A DNA stretch of 64,000 nt from Octopus vulgaris (lineage: Eukaryota): positions 24,242,001 to 24,306,000 of the forward strand of contig OX597814.1 in NCBI GenBank assembly GCA_951406725.2, given 5' to 3'. The position numbers and the translations under genes are program-made. Position 1 is the stretch's first letter. Each line of letters begins with the position of its first letter. Positions 40,605-52,716 of this stretch are shown in pieces. The notes below the pieces were generated by a model. The model was not told the DNA's origin and did not search any database. It worked only from the letters and a program-made list of their open reading frames with translations.

Positions 40605-41144
40605 TAGAAATGTAATATTGGCCTTAGCAGGATTTGAACTCAGGCCATAGTGATGCAACTAAATAACACTGGTATTTTATTTTATCATCTCTAGAAATGT
40701 AAAATTGCCCTTAGCAGGATTTGAACTCAGACCATAGTGATGCAACTAAATAACGCTGCCAATCCACAGCTCCTTTTCAAAAGTAAATACCAGAAGTCAG
40801 CTAGACCTGCATCATAGTGTTTCTGCTTCTCATTGACTTAACACAGTCTGAAATTAAATAATGTAAGAGGAAAAACGCAAATTGGTACTCTAGCAAGGAT
40901 TTAGCTGTGATGGCTTAAACAAATCAAAAACTATAAAACATACGGAAGTATGAAATAATGAGTAAAATTATCAGAGTAGAAATTTAATTGAGTGTGCTTC
41001 CTGTTGACCACATTCCTATGATTTGCTAAAACACAGCTTATGCTATTCTTGTGATACAAAAACCAAGATATTTAATAAATAATGTCTTTGCAAACAAAAA
41101 AAACAATGTCTCATATTATTAAACTCTTTGTAGTTGAGTGAAGT

Positions 41145-41290
41145 CAAGTGACCTAATGGTTAAAATATTGAGCTCATAATTATAAGTCATGGGTTCAATT
41201 TCTGTGTCTGGCAGTGTGTTGTATCCATAAACAAAGCACTTCATTTCACATTGCTCACATCTACTCAACTGAAAATGTGTATTAGACAAC
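41145..41290 (+). mobile_element. Decayed SINE with CORE/Meta-type central domain
   Basis: gtgacctaatggttaa ... gggttcaattt ... gtgtgttgtatccataaacaaagcacttcatttcacattgctc; diverged relative of the 63518 head. Confidence 0.6.
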
Positions 41291-42371
41291 AACTCATGCT
41301 GTCCTTTCTTCCCCATCAGATGTCCCGTCTCTGATATTTCACCAGGTTCAGAGTCAGAAAACCAAGAGAGTTCTATATCTATTTCCAACTACTTAGGTAT
41401 CAGAAACAATTAGTAAAAGCATGTTACATGTTCTCCAGTCATTCTCACTTTCAAGTGACTGCTAAATTTCTAGCAATATCAAAATCGTAATGCTCCTTAA
41501 TTAAAAAAAAGACATGGGACAAGCAGAAAAGTAAAACAGTGTATGCATTAATAAGTTACTCAAACTCCCATCCAATAGACTAAATAGATTAATATTCAAG
41601 TGAATTAGAAGAAATACTTCAATGTAAGAACAGCAGCAAATTAAAGCAACTACATTCCTTTCTATGAGATAATTCTTTTCTTTCAGTACACCAGATATAC
41701 TAGGAATAGTTGTTCAAATGTAAAATTGATGTTTCTGTACTAAATATATCAGACATTCATTGTGATTGCCAGTTTCCCCAATGCAACTACTTATTTCAGT
41801 TCCACACAACGAACAATGTAACTAAGTTTTCCAACGTTGTATGTAAAAAAAAAAAAAGAAACACTAACATTGAAATAATGCTGAACAACAAAGTAAAACT
41901 CAAATGAAATTAAATGTAGAAATGTTACATGTTATTTTGCCACACTGGTAAACAATATGAAGAAAGAAATAATCATTTTATATCTAAATTTAAATCAAGA
42001 ATATTCTCAGAATGATATCTACTTCTATCACCTTTGCGGAATAAATTGGCACATTTGTGAGCTACCCCAATTGAAGAACCTGAAAAGTTAGTTCAGTAAA
42101 ATACTGGATTCTATGATATATGAGAAACTTCAATTAATGTGCATGCATCCATTGGTAGATGCTTTCGAAGTGAATATTTCACCCTTATACATCTTTATCA
42201 TACTGATGTTGACTGAAGCAGTATATAAAATTGCTTTTTCTTTTGTTGTGATTTTCTCATTAACCCAAATACTTTAAGATCTATGATTTTCTAGTCTTAA
42301 CTCAGTTCCAGCTATTCTGTAGACCTAGCTAATGTAGTGCTGTCACTACTATTCTCTCTCAACAAGTATTC

Positions 42372-42725
42372 ATTATCATTCATCATCATCATCGTTTAAT
42401 GTCCGTTTTCCATGCTAGCATGGGTTGGACAATTTCACTGAGGACTGGCAAACCAGATGGCTGCACCAGGCTCCAAGCTTGATCTGGCAGAGTTTCTACA
42501 GCTGGATGCCCTTCCTAATGCCAAGCACTCTGAGAGTGTAGTGGGTGCTTTTACGTGCCACCGGCAGGAGAGCCAGTCAGGTGGTACTGGCAATGGCCAC
42601 ACTCAAATGGTGCTTTTTATGTGCCGCCTGCACAGGAACCAGTCCAGCGGCACCGGCAATGACCTCACTCAAATGTTTTTTTTCACATGCCACCAGCACA
42701 AGCACAAGTATGGCAACACAGGTAA
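42372..42725 (-). mobile_element. RTE 3' end with ~60-bp UTR subrepeats
   Basis: (cat)n-cgtttaatgtccgttttccatgctagcatggg..., then three tgcc(a/g)cc subrepeats. Confidence 0.9.
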
Positions 42726-43462
42726 TGTATATATATTTTTTTAAATTAATTTTTGATACCTTAATTTTTAACATACTGACTCCAAAATTTTCCTCAAACT
42801 GATGTTCATCTTAATCTCATTACTATAATGCAGGTAATATCATAATATCCACACATCTGCTTGGGAACAGGATAGATAAAATATTTTTGTTGTGGTGTCT
42901 ACTGAAAATTACAGAATTTAATTGGTTAAAAAATTAATTTATGTCTTACCTATGCCTATCATATTGCTAGTCACTTAGCCATGCTTATCACCATATATAT
43001 ACACATATATATATATATATGGTGATAAGCATGGTTAAGTGACTAGCAAGTGTACTTTGCAGCTATAACGTCCTATATTTGATCCCAGTGTGTGGCATAA
43101 GGAAGTGTCTTTTACCATAACTTTCTTTTGACCATATTGTGTTTGGGAAATTAAGTAGAGAAATACTGCAGAAGCCCTACATCATGACTGCACCTGTAAT
43201 TCAAAGGACCAAACTTGTTGTACACTGTATCAGCTGATGTTGCCCTAGGAATCATGTTACATAGTAATTCAATGAGCAGACACCACAGTTGAGTGAAGAG
43301 GGATATTCTTTAGATCTAAAGATCTATTTACTTAACATGTATATGATGGGCCGATTGACAGACACGTTTGATAGATAATGATGAAAGCATTTTTATGTTG
43401 ACACAAGTTCCATGAAAACACCCAATATGATAGGCATAGGTAAGACATATATATATATATAG

Positions 43463-43886
43463 TAGGGTGCCAAGAGCACCATCCGAGCATGATCGTTGCC
43501 AGAGCAGCCAACTGGCTTCCGTTCCCGTGGCACATACAAGCGCACCATTCGAGTGTGATCATTACCAACGTTGCTTCAGGTGCCAGTCGCTACAGTCGTT
43601 ACCAACATGCCACTCATTACCAACGTCGCTACAGGTGCCAGTGGCACGTGTAAAAAGATTCGAGCGAGGTCATTGCCAGTACCGACTGAATGGCCTCCGT
43701 ACCGGTGGCACGTAAAAAGCACCCACTACATTCTCGGAGTGGTTGGCATTAGGAAGGGCATCCAGCTGTAGAAACTATGCCAGATCAAGATTGGAGCCTG
43801 GTGCAGCCATCTGGCTCGCCAGCCCTCAGTCAAAATCGTCCAACCCATGCTAGTATGGAAGACGGACGTTAAACGATGATGATGAT
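43463..43886 (+). mobile_element. RTE 3' end with UTR subrepeats, embedded in (TA)n
   Basis: gtggcac subrepeats, ggttggcattaggaagggcatccagctgtagaaac, and a gacgttaaac(gat)n tail; short (TA)n runs on both sides. Confidence 0.9.
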
Positions 43887-43899
43887 ATATATATATACA

Positions 43900-44150
43900 T
43901 ATCTGTAATATAATATGTAGCAATTATTCGTTTGTCATAATAAGACTCCAAGTTTCGTATGTCGGGGCAGAAAACTGCTCCAGCATCTTGTCAGTTATGG
44001 AGGCAATCAAAAAATGCTATGAAATTTTCATGGCATATTTTAATTGCCTCTATAACTGACGAGATGCTAGAGCAGTTTTCCGGCCGGACATCTGAAAATT
44101 GGAGTCTTATTATGACAACCAAATAATTGTCACATATTATATTACAGATA
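43900..44150. mobile_element. Fold-back palindromic MITE-like element
   Basis: tatctgtaatataatatgt...atgaaa-t-tttcat...acatattatattacagata; the arms are complementary over their whole ~125-bp length, and the element begins and ends in TA. Confidence 0.75.
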
Positions 44151-44211
44151 AATTCCTCTATTTACATAATTTCGAGGTATCATTCATTCTTATGTTGTCT
44201 TACCATTACTA

Positions 44212-44257
<46 letters not shown>

Positions 44258-44691
44258 TATATTTCCAGGCATTGTTGCCTGGATAATTAATAAGGATTTT
44301 ACATTATAAAATACTGGGTAGGGAGATAGATTGGCTGCTATTTTTAGCGTGTCATGCGACCAGGTAGAGGCTTTTTCATTGGTTCCATTGCATAATAAGA
44401 TTTTTTTACACATATATGTATAATATGCATATATATCATCAGCAGAAGTTAGAGAGTAAGTCAAAACCTGAGAGTTTCATGTATTGGCTCTTATCAAACA
44501 CGAATTTGTCCATTGTTATTCTGTAATTTGTGATGAAATAACTTCTAAAATACATAATTTTGTCAAAAACGTTAAGAGTAAACCCTGTTGTATGTAACAC
44601 ATTGTACCAGTAACGGAAGTTTCAAAGTGCTTAGTTAAAAAAATTAATTAAATAATCTGTATGTCAAATTAAATAGATCTGAAATGCATAA

Positions 44692-44798
44692 AAAGCAAAG
44701 TCGACCTCGGCAGAATTTGAACTCAAAACATAAACACAGGCAAAATACTGCTAAGTACTTCGCCCAGCACACTAACGTTTCTGGCAGCTTGCCACCTT
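44692..44798 (-). mobile_element. SINE family A, 5' half
   Basis: aaagtcgacctcggcagaatttgaactc ... ctaacgtttctggcagcttgccacct. Confidence 0.85.
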
Positions 44799-45389
44799 AG
44801 AACGAAACCATTCATTTTAGCATCATATTCTTTAATACTCTTATTGATAAGCATTACTGCCTTACGCTCTTACACGAGATTTCGTGGTATTTCACCCCAT
44901 AATTTTTCTTCTACTAATTTTTGTTCAATGTGACTAATGATTCTGAATTCCACATACATTTTTCTATCATTTAAGCCTAAGAAAAGTATACTTTAATTTT
45001 AAAATTAAAAAGTTTATGTTAATTTAAAGTGAACAGGTATCTTACTGCCCCCCCCCCTTCGGGTCACAGATATTTTGATGTAACTTTTTTCTACTGAACC
45101 AAATCTCAAACTATTTATGCCAAAGTGTAACTGAGGAGGTGTCCTCTTTAAAACTGTTAACAGTTTGCAATTTAGTTGAGAACTGAATTTGTGGTGAAGC
45201 TTCGAAGCTACTGCGATTGATGAAATGTTGGACTTAAAAATATATTCAACCACGGTAGTCGTTGAATGATGTATATATTATATATATATTTATGTATTTA
45301 CATGTACATATATAGTTACATATATCATCATCATCATCATTTAACGTGATATATATATATTATTAATAAAAGTAATATACGTTTTTATG

Positions 45390-45471
45390 TGCTACTATTA
45401 GCTTCATGTGGTGTGAGTATGCCAGACAATAATTTTTAACATGTCTGGTGTCCTAACACAATCTTCAGGCA
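45390..45471 (-). ncRNA. Decayed type I hammerhead-like motif with extended stem II
   Basis: Minus strand TGC-CTGAAGA-[long hairpin]-GAAG-CTAATAG-TA-GCA; one core substitution (GAAA to GAAG). Confidence 0.4.
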
Positions 45472-45670
45472 TATATGTATATAGCTCCAAAAGTCTTTTT
45501 TTTTATCCTCTCAGTTTATTTCCTCGAGTTCCTTTCTGTTGAAGAGAGTAGGCTTGAAGCATAAAAGACTTCCTCACCTTCCTGAGCCTTAAAGTAATAC
45601 ACCTGTTTGTTGTTTATACACCTGTCTTCATCTTTTGTTTTTCTGTAAATTTCAACTATATATGTGTGTG

Positions 45671-45773
<103 letters not shown>

Positions 45774-46045
45774 CATCATCATTTAACGTCCGCTTTCCAT
45801 GATAGCATGGGTTGGACGGTTCAACTGGGGTCTGGGGAGCCCGAAAGCTGCACCAGTCCAGTCAGATCTGGCAGTGTTTCTACAGCTGGATGCCCTTCCT
45901 AACGCCAACCACTCCGAGAGTGTAGTGGGTGATTTTATGTGCCACCGACACAGGTGCCAGACGAGGCTGGCAAACGGCCACGCTCGGATGGTGTTTTTTA
46001 TGTGCCACCGACACAGGTGCCAGACGAGGCTGGCAGACGGCCACG

Positions 46046-48372
46046 CTCGGATGGTGTTTTTATGTGCCACCGACACAGGTGCCAGATGAGGCTGGCAAAC
46101 GGCCACAATCGGAAGGTGCTTGTTACGTGCCCACAGCACGGAGGCAAGTCGATGCGGTACTGGCTACAGCCACGTTCGGATGGTTTTCTTGTGTGCCACG
46201 TGCCACCGGCACTGGTACCACAAAGATACAAATTCCATTGATGTTCATCTATTTTGATTTGTTTTGATTTTCACTTGCCTCAACAGGTCTTCACAAGTGT
46301 CACAAGAAGGAAGGTATGCACAGGTGGACTGACTACGTCCCAGGTAGGGGCCATGGGTTATGGCCTGACTAGTCTTGCCGGGTCTTCGGATGGTGTTTTT
46401 ATGTGCCACCGACACAGGTGCTAGATGAGGCTGGCGAACGGCCATGATCGGATGGTGTTTGTCATGTGCCCACCGCACTGACTACAGCACTGATGGATTT
46501 CTTGTGTGCCACAGGCACTGGTACCACAAGATACAAATTCCATTGATGTTCATCTATTTTGTCTATTTTGATTTGATTTTCACTTGCCTCAACCGGTCTT
46601 CACAAGTGTCACAAGAGGGAAGGTATGCACAGGACTGACTAGTCTTGCCGGGTCTTCGGAAGGTGTTTTTATGTGCCACCGACACAGGTGCCAGATGAGG
46701 CTGGCGAACGGCCATGATCGGATGGTGTTTGTTACGTGCCCACAGCACGGAGGCCGGTCGATGCGGAACTGGCTACGGCCACGTTCGGATGGTTCTCTTG
46801 TGTGCCACCGGCACTGGTACCACAAAGATACAGATTCCATTGATGTTCATCTATTTTGATTTGTTTTGATTTTGATTTTGATTTTCACTTGCCTCAACAG
46901 GTCTTCACAAGTGTCACAAGAAGGAAGGAATGCACAGGTGGACTGACTACGTCCCAGGTAGGGGCCATGGGTTATGGCCTGACTAGTCTTGCCGGGTCTT
47001 CGGATGGTGTTTTTATGTGCCACCGACACAGGTGCCAGATGAGGCTGGCAAACGGCCACAATCGGAAGGTGCTTGTTACGTGCCCACAGCACGGAGGCAA
47101 GTCGATGCGGTACTGGCTACGGCCACGTTCGGATGGTTTTCTTGTGTGCCACGTGCCACCGGCACTGGTACCACAAAGATACAAATTCCATTGATGTTCA
47201 TCTATTTTGATTTGTTTTGATTTGATTTTGATTTTGATTTTCACTTGCCTCAACAGGTCTTCACAAGTGTCACAAGAAGGAAGGAATGCACAGGTGGACT
47301 GACTACGTCCCAGGTAGGGGCCATGGGTTATGGCCTGACTAGTCTTGCCGGGTCTTCGGATGGTGTTTTTATGTGCCACCGACACAGGTGCTAGATGAGG
47401 CTGGCGAACGGCCACGATCGGATGGTGTTTGTCATGTGCCCACAGCACGGAGGCCAGTCGATGCGGTACTGGCTACGGCCACTTTCGGATGGTTTTTCTC
47501 TTGTGTGCCACCGGGAATGGTACCACAAAGATACAAATTCCATTGATGTTCATCTATTTTGATTTGTTTTGATTTGATTTTGATTTTGATTTTCACTTGC
47601 CTCAACAGGCCTTCACAAGTATCACAAGGAGGAAGGTATGCACAGGTGGACTGACTACGTCCCAGGTAGGGGCCATGGTTTATGGCCTGACTAGTCTTGC
47701 CGGGTCTTCGGATGGTGTTTTTATGTGCCACCGACACAGGTGCTAGATGAGGCTGGCGAACGGCCACGACCGGATGGTGTTTGTTATGTGCCCACAGCAC
47801 GATGGCCAGTGATGCGGTACTGACTACGGCCACGTTCGGATGGATTCTTGTGTGCCACCGGCACTGGTACCACAAGCGGTACTGACTACGGCCACGTTCG
47901 GATGGATTCTTGTGTGCCACCGGCACTGGTACCACAAAGATACAATTTCCATTGATGTTCATCTATTTGATTTGTTTTGATTTTCACTTGCCTCAACAGG
48001 TCTTCACAAGTGTCACAAGAAGGAAGGTATGTACAGGTGGACTGACTACGTCCCAGGTAGGGCCCACGGGTTATGACCTGACTAGTCTTGCCGGGTCTTC
48101 GGATGGTGTTTTTATGTGCCACCATGTCCCCACAGCACGGAGGCGAGTCGATGCGGTACTGGCTACGGCCACGTTCGGATGGTTTTCTTGTGTGCCACAG
48201 GCACTGGTACCACAAAGATACAAATTCCATTGATGTTCATCTATTTTGATTGATTTTCACTTGCCTCAGCAGGTCTTCACAAGTGTCACAAGAAGGAAGG
48301 TATGCACAGGTGGATCAACTACGTCCCAGGTAGGGGCCACGGGATATGGCCTGACTAGTCGTGCCGGGTCCT
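46046..48372. repeat. Seven-copy tandem array of the RTE stop codon plus 3'UTR unit
   Basis: Anchor actagtc(t/g)tgccgggtc occurs at 46368, 46638, 46982, 47338, 47690, 48081 and 48354 (spacings 270, 344, 356, 352, 391, 273). Confidence 0.95.
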
Positions 48373-49143
48373 CTCATGCACAGCACACTTCCATAGGACT
48401 CGGTCTTCAGTCATTTCCTTGGTGAGACCTAAAGTTCGAAGGTCGTGCTTCACCACCTCGTCCCAGGTTTTCCTGGGTCTACCTCTTCCACAGGTTCCCT
48501 CAACTGCTAGGGTGTAGCACTTTTGCACACAACTATCTTCAGCCATTCTCGTCACATGACCATACCAGCGCAGCCGTCTCTCTTGCACACCACAACTGAC
48601 ACTTCTTAGGTTCAACTTTTCTCTCAAAGTACTTACACTCTGACGATTATGAACACTGACATTACACATCCATCGGAGCATACTGGCTTCATTTCTTGCA
48701 AGCTTACGCAAATCCTCAGCTGTCACGGCCCATGTTTCACTACCATGTAGCATGGCTGTACGTACACACGCATCATATAGTCTGCCTTTTACTCTTAGCG
48801 AGAGGCCTTTTGTCACCAGCAGGGGTAAGAGCTCTCTAAACTTTGCCCAGGCTATTCTTACTCTAGCAGTTACACTTTCAACACACCCACCCCCGCTACT
48901 GACTTGGTCTCCTAGGTAGCGGAAGCTATCAACTACTTCTAGTTTGTCTCCCTGGAACGTGGTAGAAGTTGGTCTCTGCACATTTCCAGTGTTTATTTCT
49001 CTTGAGCATCTGCCACAGACAAAGACTATTTTCTTAGTTAGCCTTCCTTTGACATTGCTGCACCTCTTATGTGTCCATAGCTTACACTTGGTGCACCTTA
49101 TAGAGTTTCTACCTACACCTTTTTTACAGATCGAGCAGGGCCA

Positions 49144-49146
<3 letters not shown>
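48355..49146 (-). CDS. RTE reverse transcriptase C-terminal part with PHD finger (partial, no native start)
   Basis: [30 protein letters not shown] and GRGRPRKTW are typical RTE ORF motifs; no stops or frameshifts. The upstream part of the listed ORF (49147-49269) is only (TA)n. Confidence 0.9.
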
Positions 49147-49216
<70 letters not shown>

Positions 49217-49255
49217 CATATATATATATTTATATTTATATTTATATATATATAT

Positions 49256-49297
<42 letters not shown>

Positions 49298-49552
49298 ACA
49301 TATATATGTTGGTGCAGGCAGGACTGTGTGATTAAGAATATTCTGTAAAATAAAAAGGTGTCTGGTCATAGGGAAATTTTATTGCTTGGAAACTGATGAG
49401 GTTTAGTGTTAGGAAAGGCATCCAGTAGTATGCAATCTGCCACAGTAAAACTCCATCAAAACAATGCAAGTAAAGCAAATGGACATTAACATGATGAAGA
49501 TGATATACATACATATATATATATAAATATATACACATATATATAAGTGACT

Positions 49553-49589
<37 letters not shown>

Positions 49590-51365
49590 AACATGCACAC
49601 ATACACACACAGTTAGGTTGCCATATTGTCTACCCAATTTCAAGTAAGTATGAAGAAAAGTAAGTTATAAATTATCTTCAAATGAGAGTATAAAAGAATT
49701 TCTGAAACACATAAAAATAGCAGGAATCGGGGAATACAAGTAAACAAAAAATATTATCTACATTGCGTCCAGTCAATAACTGAATCTTGGCTTTCAGACA
49801 CACTGTATATTGTCTTCCTTTTCATTTCAACAACCCCTTTTCTTGCATCTACCTATCTTCCCACGTATATATATATATATCTGCCTGTCAGTATGCCTGT
49901 TTGTCTATGCGGCAGTAAAATGCCAAGCATACATCAAACAAAGAAAGCCACTTGCACCTTTTATTTACTTATTTATTGATTTATTATCTGCCTTCTTAAT
50001 CCTTTTTGTAATATTCTATTTTTCAAACTACTTTTGACAAGTGTCACTCTCATAGAATTCAAGAGAATCAGTTTTCTTTTACAACAGCTTCATTTATGCT
50101 CTCTCTCCAATTTTCATATTTACTTCTCTCTGATCTTCTAAATTCTCTCTTTTCCTATCCCCCCCTCTCTCTCTCTTTTTCTTTCTCAGAAACATTTCAG
50201 CTCTCCCTTACTTACTCATACACTCTTTCTCACTACCTCCTCCCCTATTACTCTGTTCCACTCTATCTCCCTTATTCCTCACTCATTTTCTGCCCTTCTC
50301 ATTTTCTCTCTATCTTGCTGTCCTTATTTCATTCAATTCGAAACTCTCCTTCCCCTGGTTGTAATTTTTTGTCTTATTTGCTTCTCTTTGTAGTCCATAC
50401 TTTCTCCTCATCTCATTGCTTAGATATATTTATGGCAACCATCCACTTATTCTTTTTCGTTATCTTACAAGAACAGCAACAACAACAACAACACTATTAC
50501 TACTGCTGCAGTAACAACAACATAAAGGATTTCATGGCATGAACTTCCATTTTACAATCTTCATGCATGTTGACAAGCTATAGATACACAGTTGCACATA
50601 TATGCACACATACACACACACCTGCACCCATACATATTTATATATACATACACACATACATTTATATATATATATATAGACACACACATACACACACACA
50701 TATATATATATATACATATACACATACATATGTATGTGCGTGTGTCTGTGTGCATATACGCGCACTTGTGTGTCTGTGTCTTTCTATCATAATCATCATA
50801 TTAATAACCATCATCATATAATGTTCGTTTTGCATGCTGATATGGGCTGGCCAATTCGATAAGTTCTGACGAGTTGGAAGACTATGGTTTACTGTAATGG
50901 CATATTTTCTATGGCTGGTAGCTTTTCTGATGCCAACCATTTTACTGAGGAAACTGGCTGGTTTTTCTGTGAAGCCAACACTAGTGAGGTTGCTTTATAA
51001 CTTGCATGATTAAGAACCTAAAATGGTGTCTATAAGTAAAATAGGATAGGAAAGAGAGGAGGATGTGAGATTCTTGGTGAGGTGATGAGGGAGGGTCTAA
51101 TATGATGAGAAGAACAGATTTATAATTGTGGGGGAGTTGTTGAGAGAAGAGTGGCAGAGTGGACTCTATTACAAGAAAGAGTATGGGGAAATACAGCACA
51201 GAGAGGTGGGTATCATATAAAGGAAGAAGGACACTCACACACACACACAAACACACACACACACACTTATACATATGAAAGAATAATTCATGTTCCATAT
51301 ACTTGTGCTTTGTATTTTTTTGTTCTACATGTTTCATGACTTCCTGTGCCCACATATGCATATAT

Positions 51366-51537
51366 ATAAAATATATACATACAATATTAGATAAGTACAT
51401 ATATACATAAGGGTACTAAAGGAGTACCTATATCGCCCATGATAAAAGTCATGACTTCTATCATTAGCGATATAGGTACTCATTTAGTACCCTTATGTAT
51501 ATATGTACATATCTAATATTGTATGTATATATTTTAT
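51366..51537. repeat. 172-bp spacerless near-perfect palindrome
   Basis: Centre aagtca|tgactt at 51451/51452; I count 5 mismatched pairs in 86. Confidence 0.95.
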
Positions 51538-52478
51538 TAATTTGCCTGTATGGCTAATAATTCCCCTATCACTTGTGATGGTATTTAAATAATACTATCC
51601 CTATATTTATATATATATTTATATATATATATATATATATATATACGTATAGATGTAAGTATATACATATGTATATGTGCATATATATATATATATATAT
51701 TTATTTATTATATTATTATATGATTGAATGCCACACATCCTCTTCCAAGTAGGTTTTATCGCAATAATTCTGATGTGCACTCTATACAATTGTTTTACTC
51801 TTTTGTTTTTCTCTCTTATTCTTTTACCTGCAGAAAATATATAGAATGCTATTTTGAAATACTAGCAAAAAATACTAACAAAAAACATATATATGTATGT
51901 GTGTGTGTTTGTGTGTATGTACACTTATAATTCACCTCCTTCAGTTAACCTCAACACTTATGAATTTGTAGATGGCTACATTAGACCATTTGTCCACAGT
52001 TCACTCTACCATCACTTAACTTTTCTCATACAACTAGTTACCTCCCTGCTGTCTCAGTCATCTTGACTTGAATATATGCATCTATTTCAGAACACTGAGT
52101 TCTAACATTCATCATGAATTCACACAAACCTTTCAATATTATCATTCCTGCTGTCATCACTCATGTTTCTCTCTGTAACTATTCTAATGTATCAGCAGAT
52201 ACAAAGGATTGTGAAATCTCCTTAGCCATGCTGAGAGCATAGCTACCTCCTTCATGTTGGTGTCATGAATCATGATAAAGGACTCCCACAATCGGATTTT
52301 GAGGATAATTTAGTCATGTTAAGGGCTTGACATCTCTAGTGTTGACAGCGAAATGCAAGGAAAATTAGATCCCTGCACCTTACTAGGTGAACAATACTCA
52401 CCAAGTATGTGTTGGCTTTAACCATGACATCCAACCAATGCTGTCAGGCAACGGAAATGCAGAACAAAGATTATATAC

Positions 52479-52480
<2 letters not shown>

Positions 52481-52509
<29 letters not shown>

Positions 52510-52590
52510 TGTATGTATGTATGTATGTATGTATGTATGTATGTATGTATGAATGCATGTATGTATGCATGCATGTATGTATGTATGTAT
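52481..52590. repeat. (TATG)n microsatellite
   Basis: Directly visible. Confidence 0.95.
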
Positions 52591-52592
52591 TG

Positions 52593-52716
52593 TCAAGAGC
52601 AGGGCTCATTAGCCACCAACGGAGCCACAAATGCAAAATATAAGTTAGTCCTAGAGCGCACAATGTTCCTGATGGTCAGCAATGGTCTTCCTCGGTCACG
52701 AGTGGACGGCCATCAT
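52593..52716 (+). mobile_element. 3' end of a second, BovB-like RTE family
   Basis: SRAGLISHQRSHKCKI* (52593-52643) matches the C-terminal SRxGLxSHxRxH zinc-finger half of BovB-type RTEs, followed by a short UTR ending cacgagtggacggccatcat. Confidence 0.6.

Noticed and set aside
46046-48372. Array as a CRISPR locus, or the overlapping 77-176 aa ORFs as genes
   Set aside because: Whole units are repeated with no unique spacers, there are no cas genes and the context is eukaryotic. The ORFs are incidental frames of a GC-richer UTR repeat.
46046-48372. Array as a hammerhead retrozyme (unit size fits)
   Set aside because: I found no CTGANGA box on either strand of the repeat unit. Other ribozyme classes were not excluded and would need an Infernal search.
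49147-49269. N-terminal extension of the 304-aa ORF
   Set aside because: It is (TA)n/(TG)n microsatellite that happens to be in frame, not part of the LINE.
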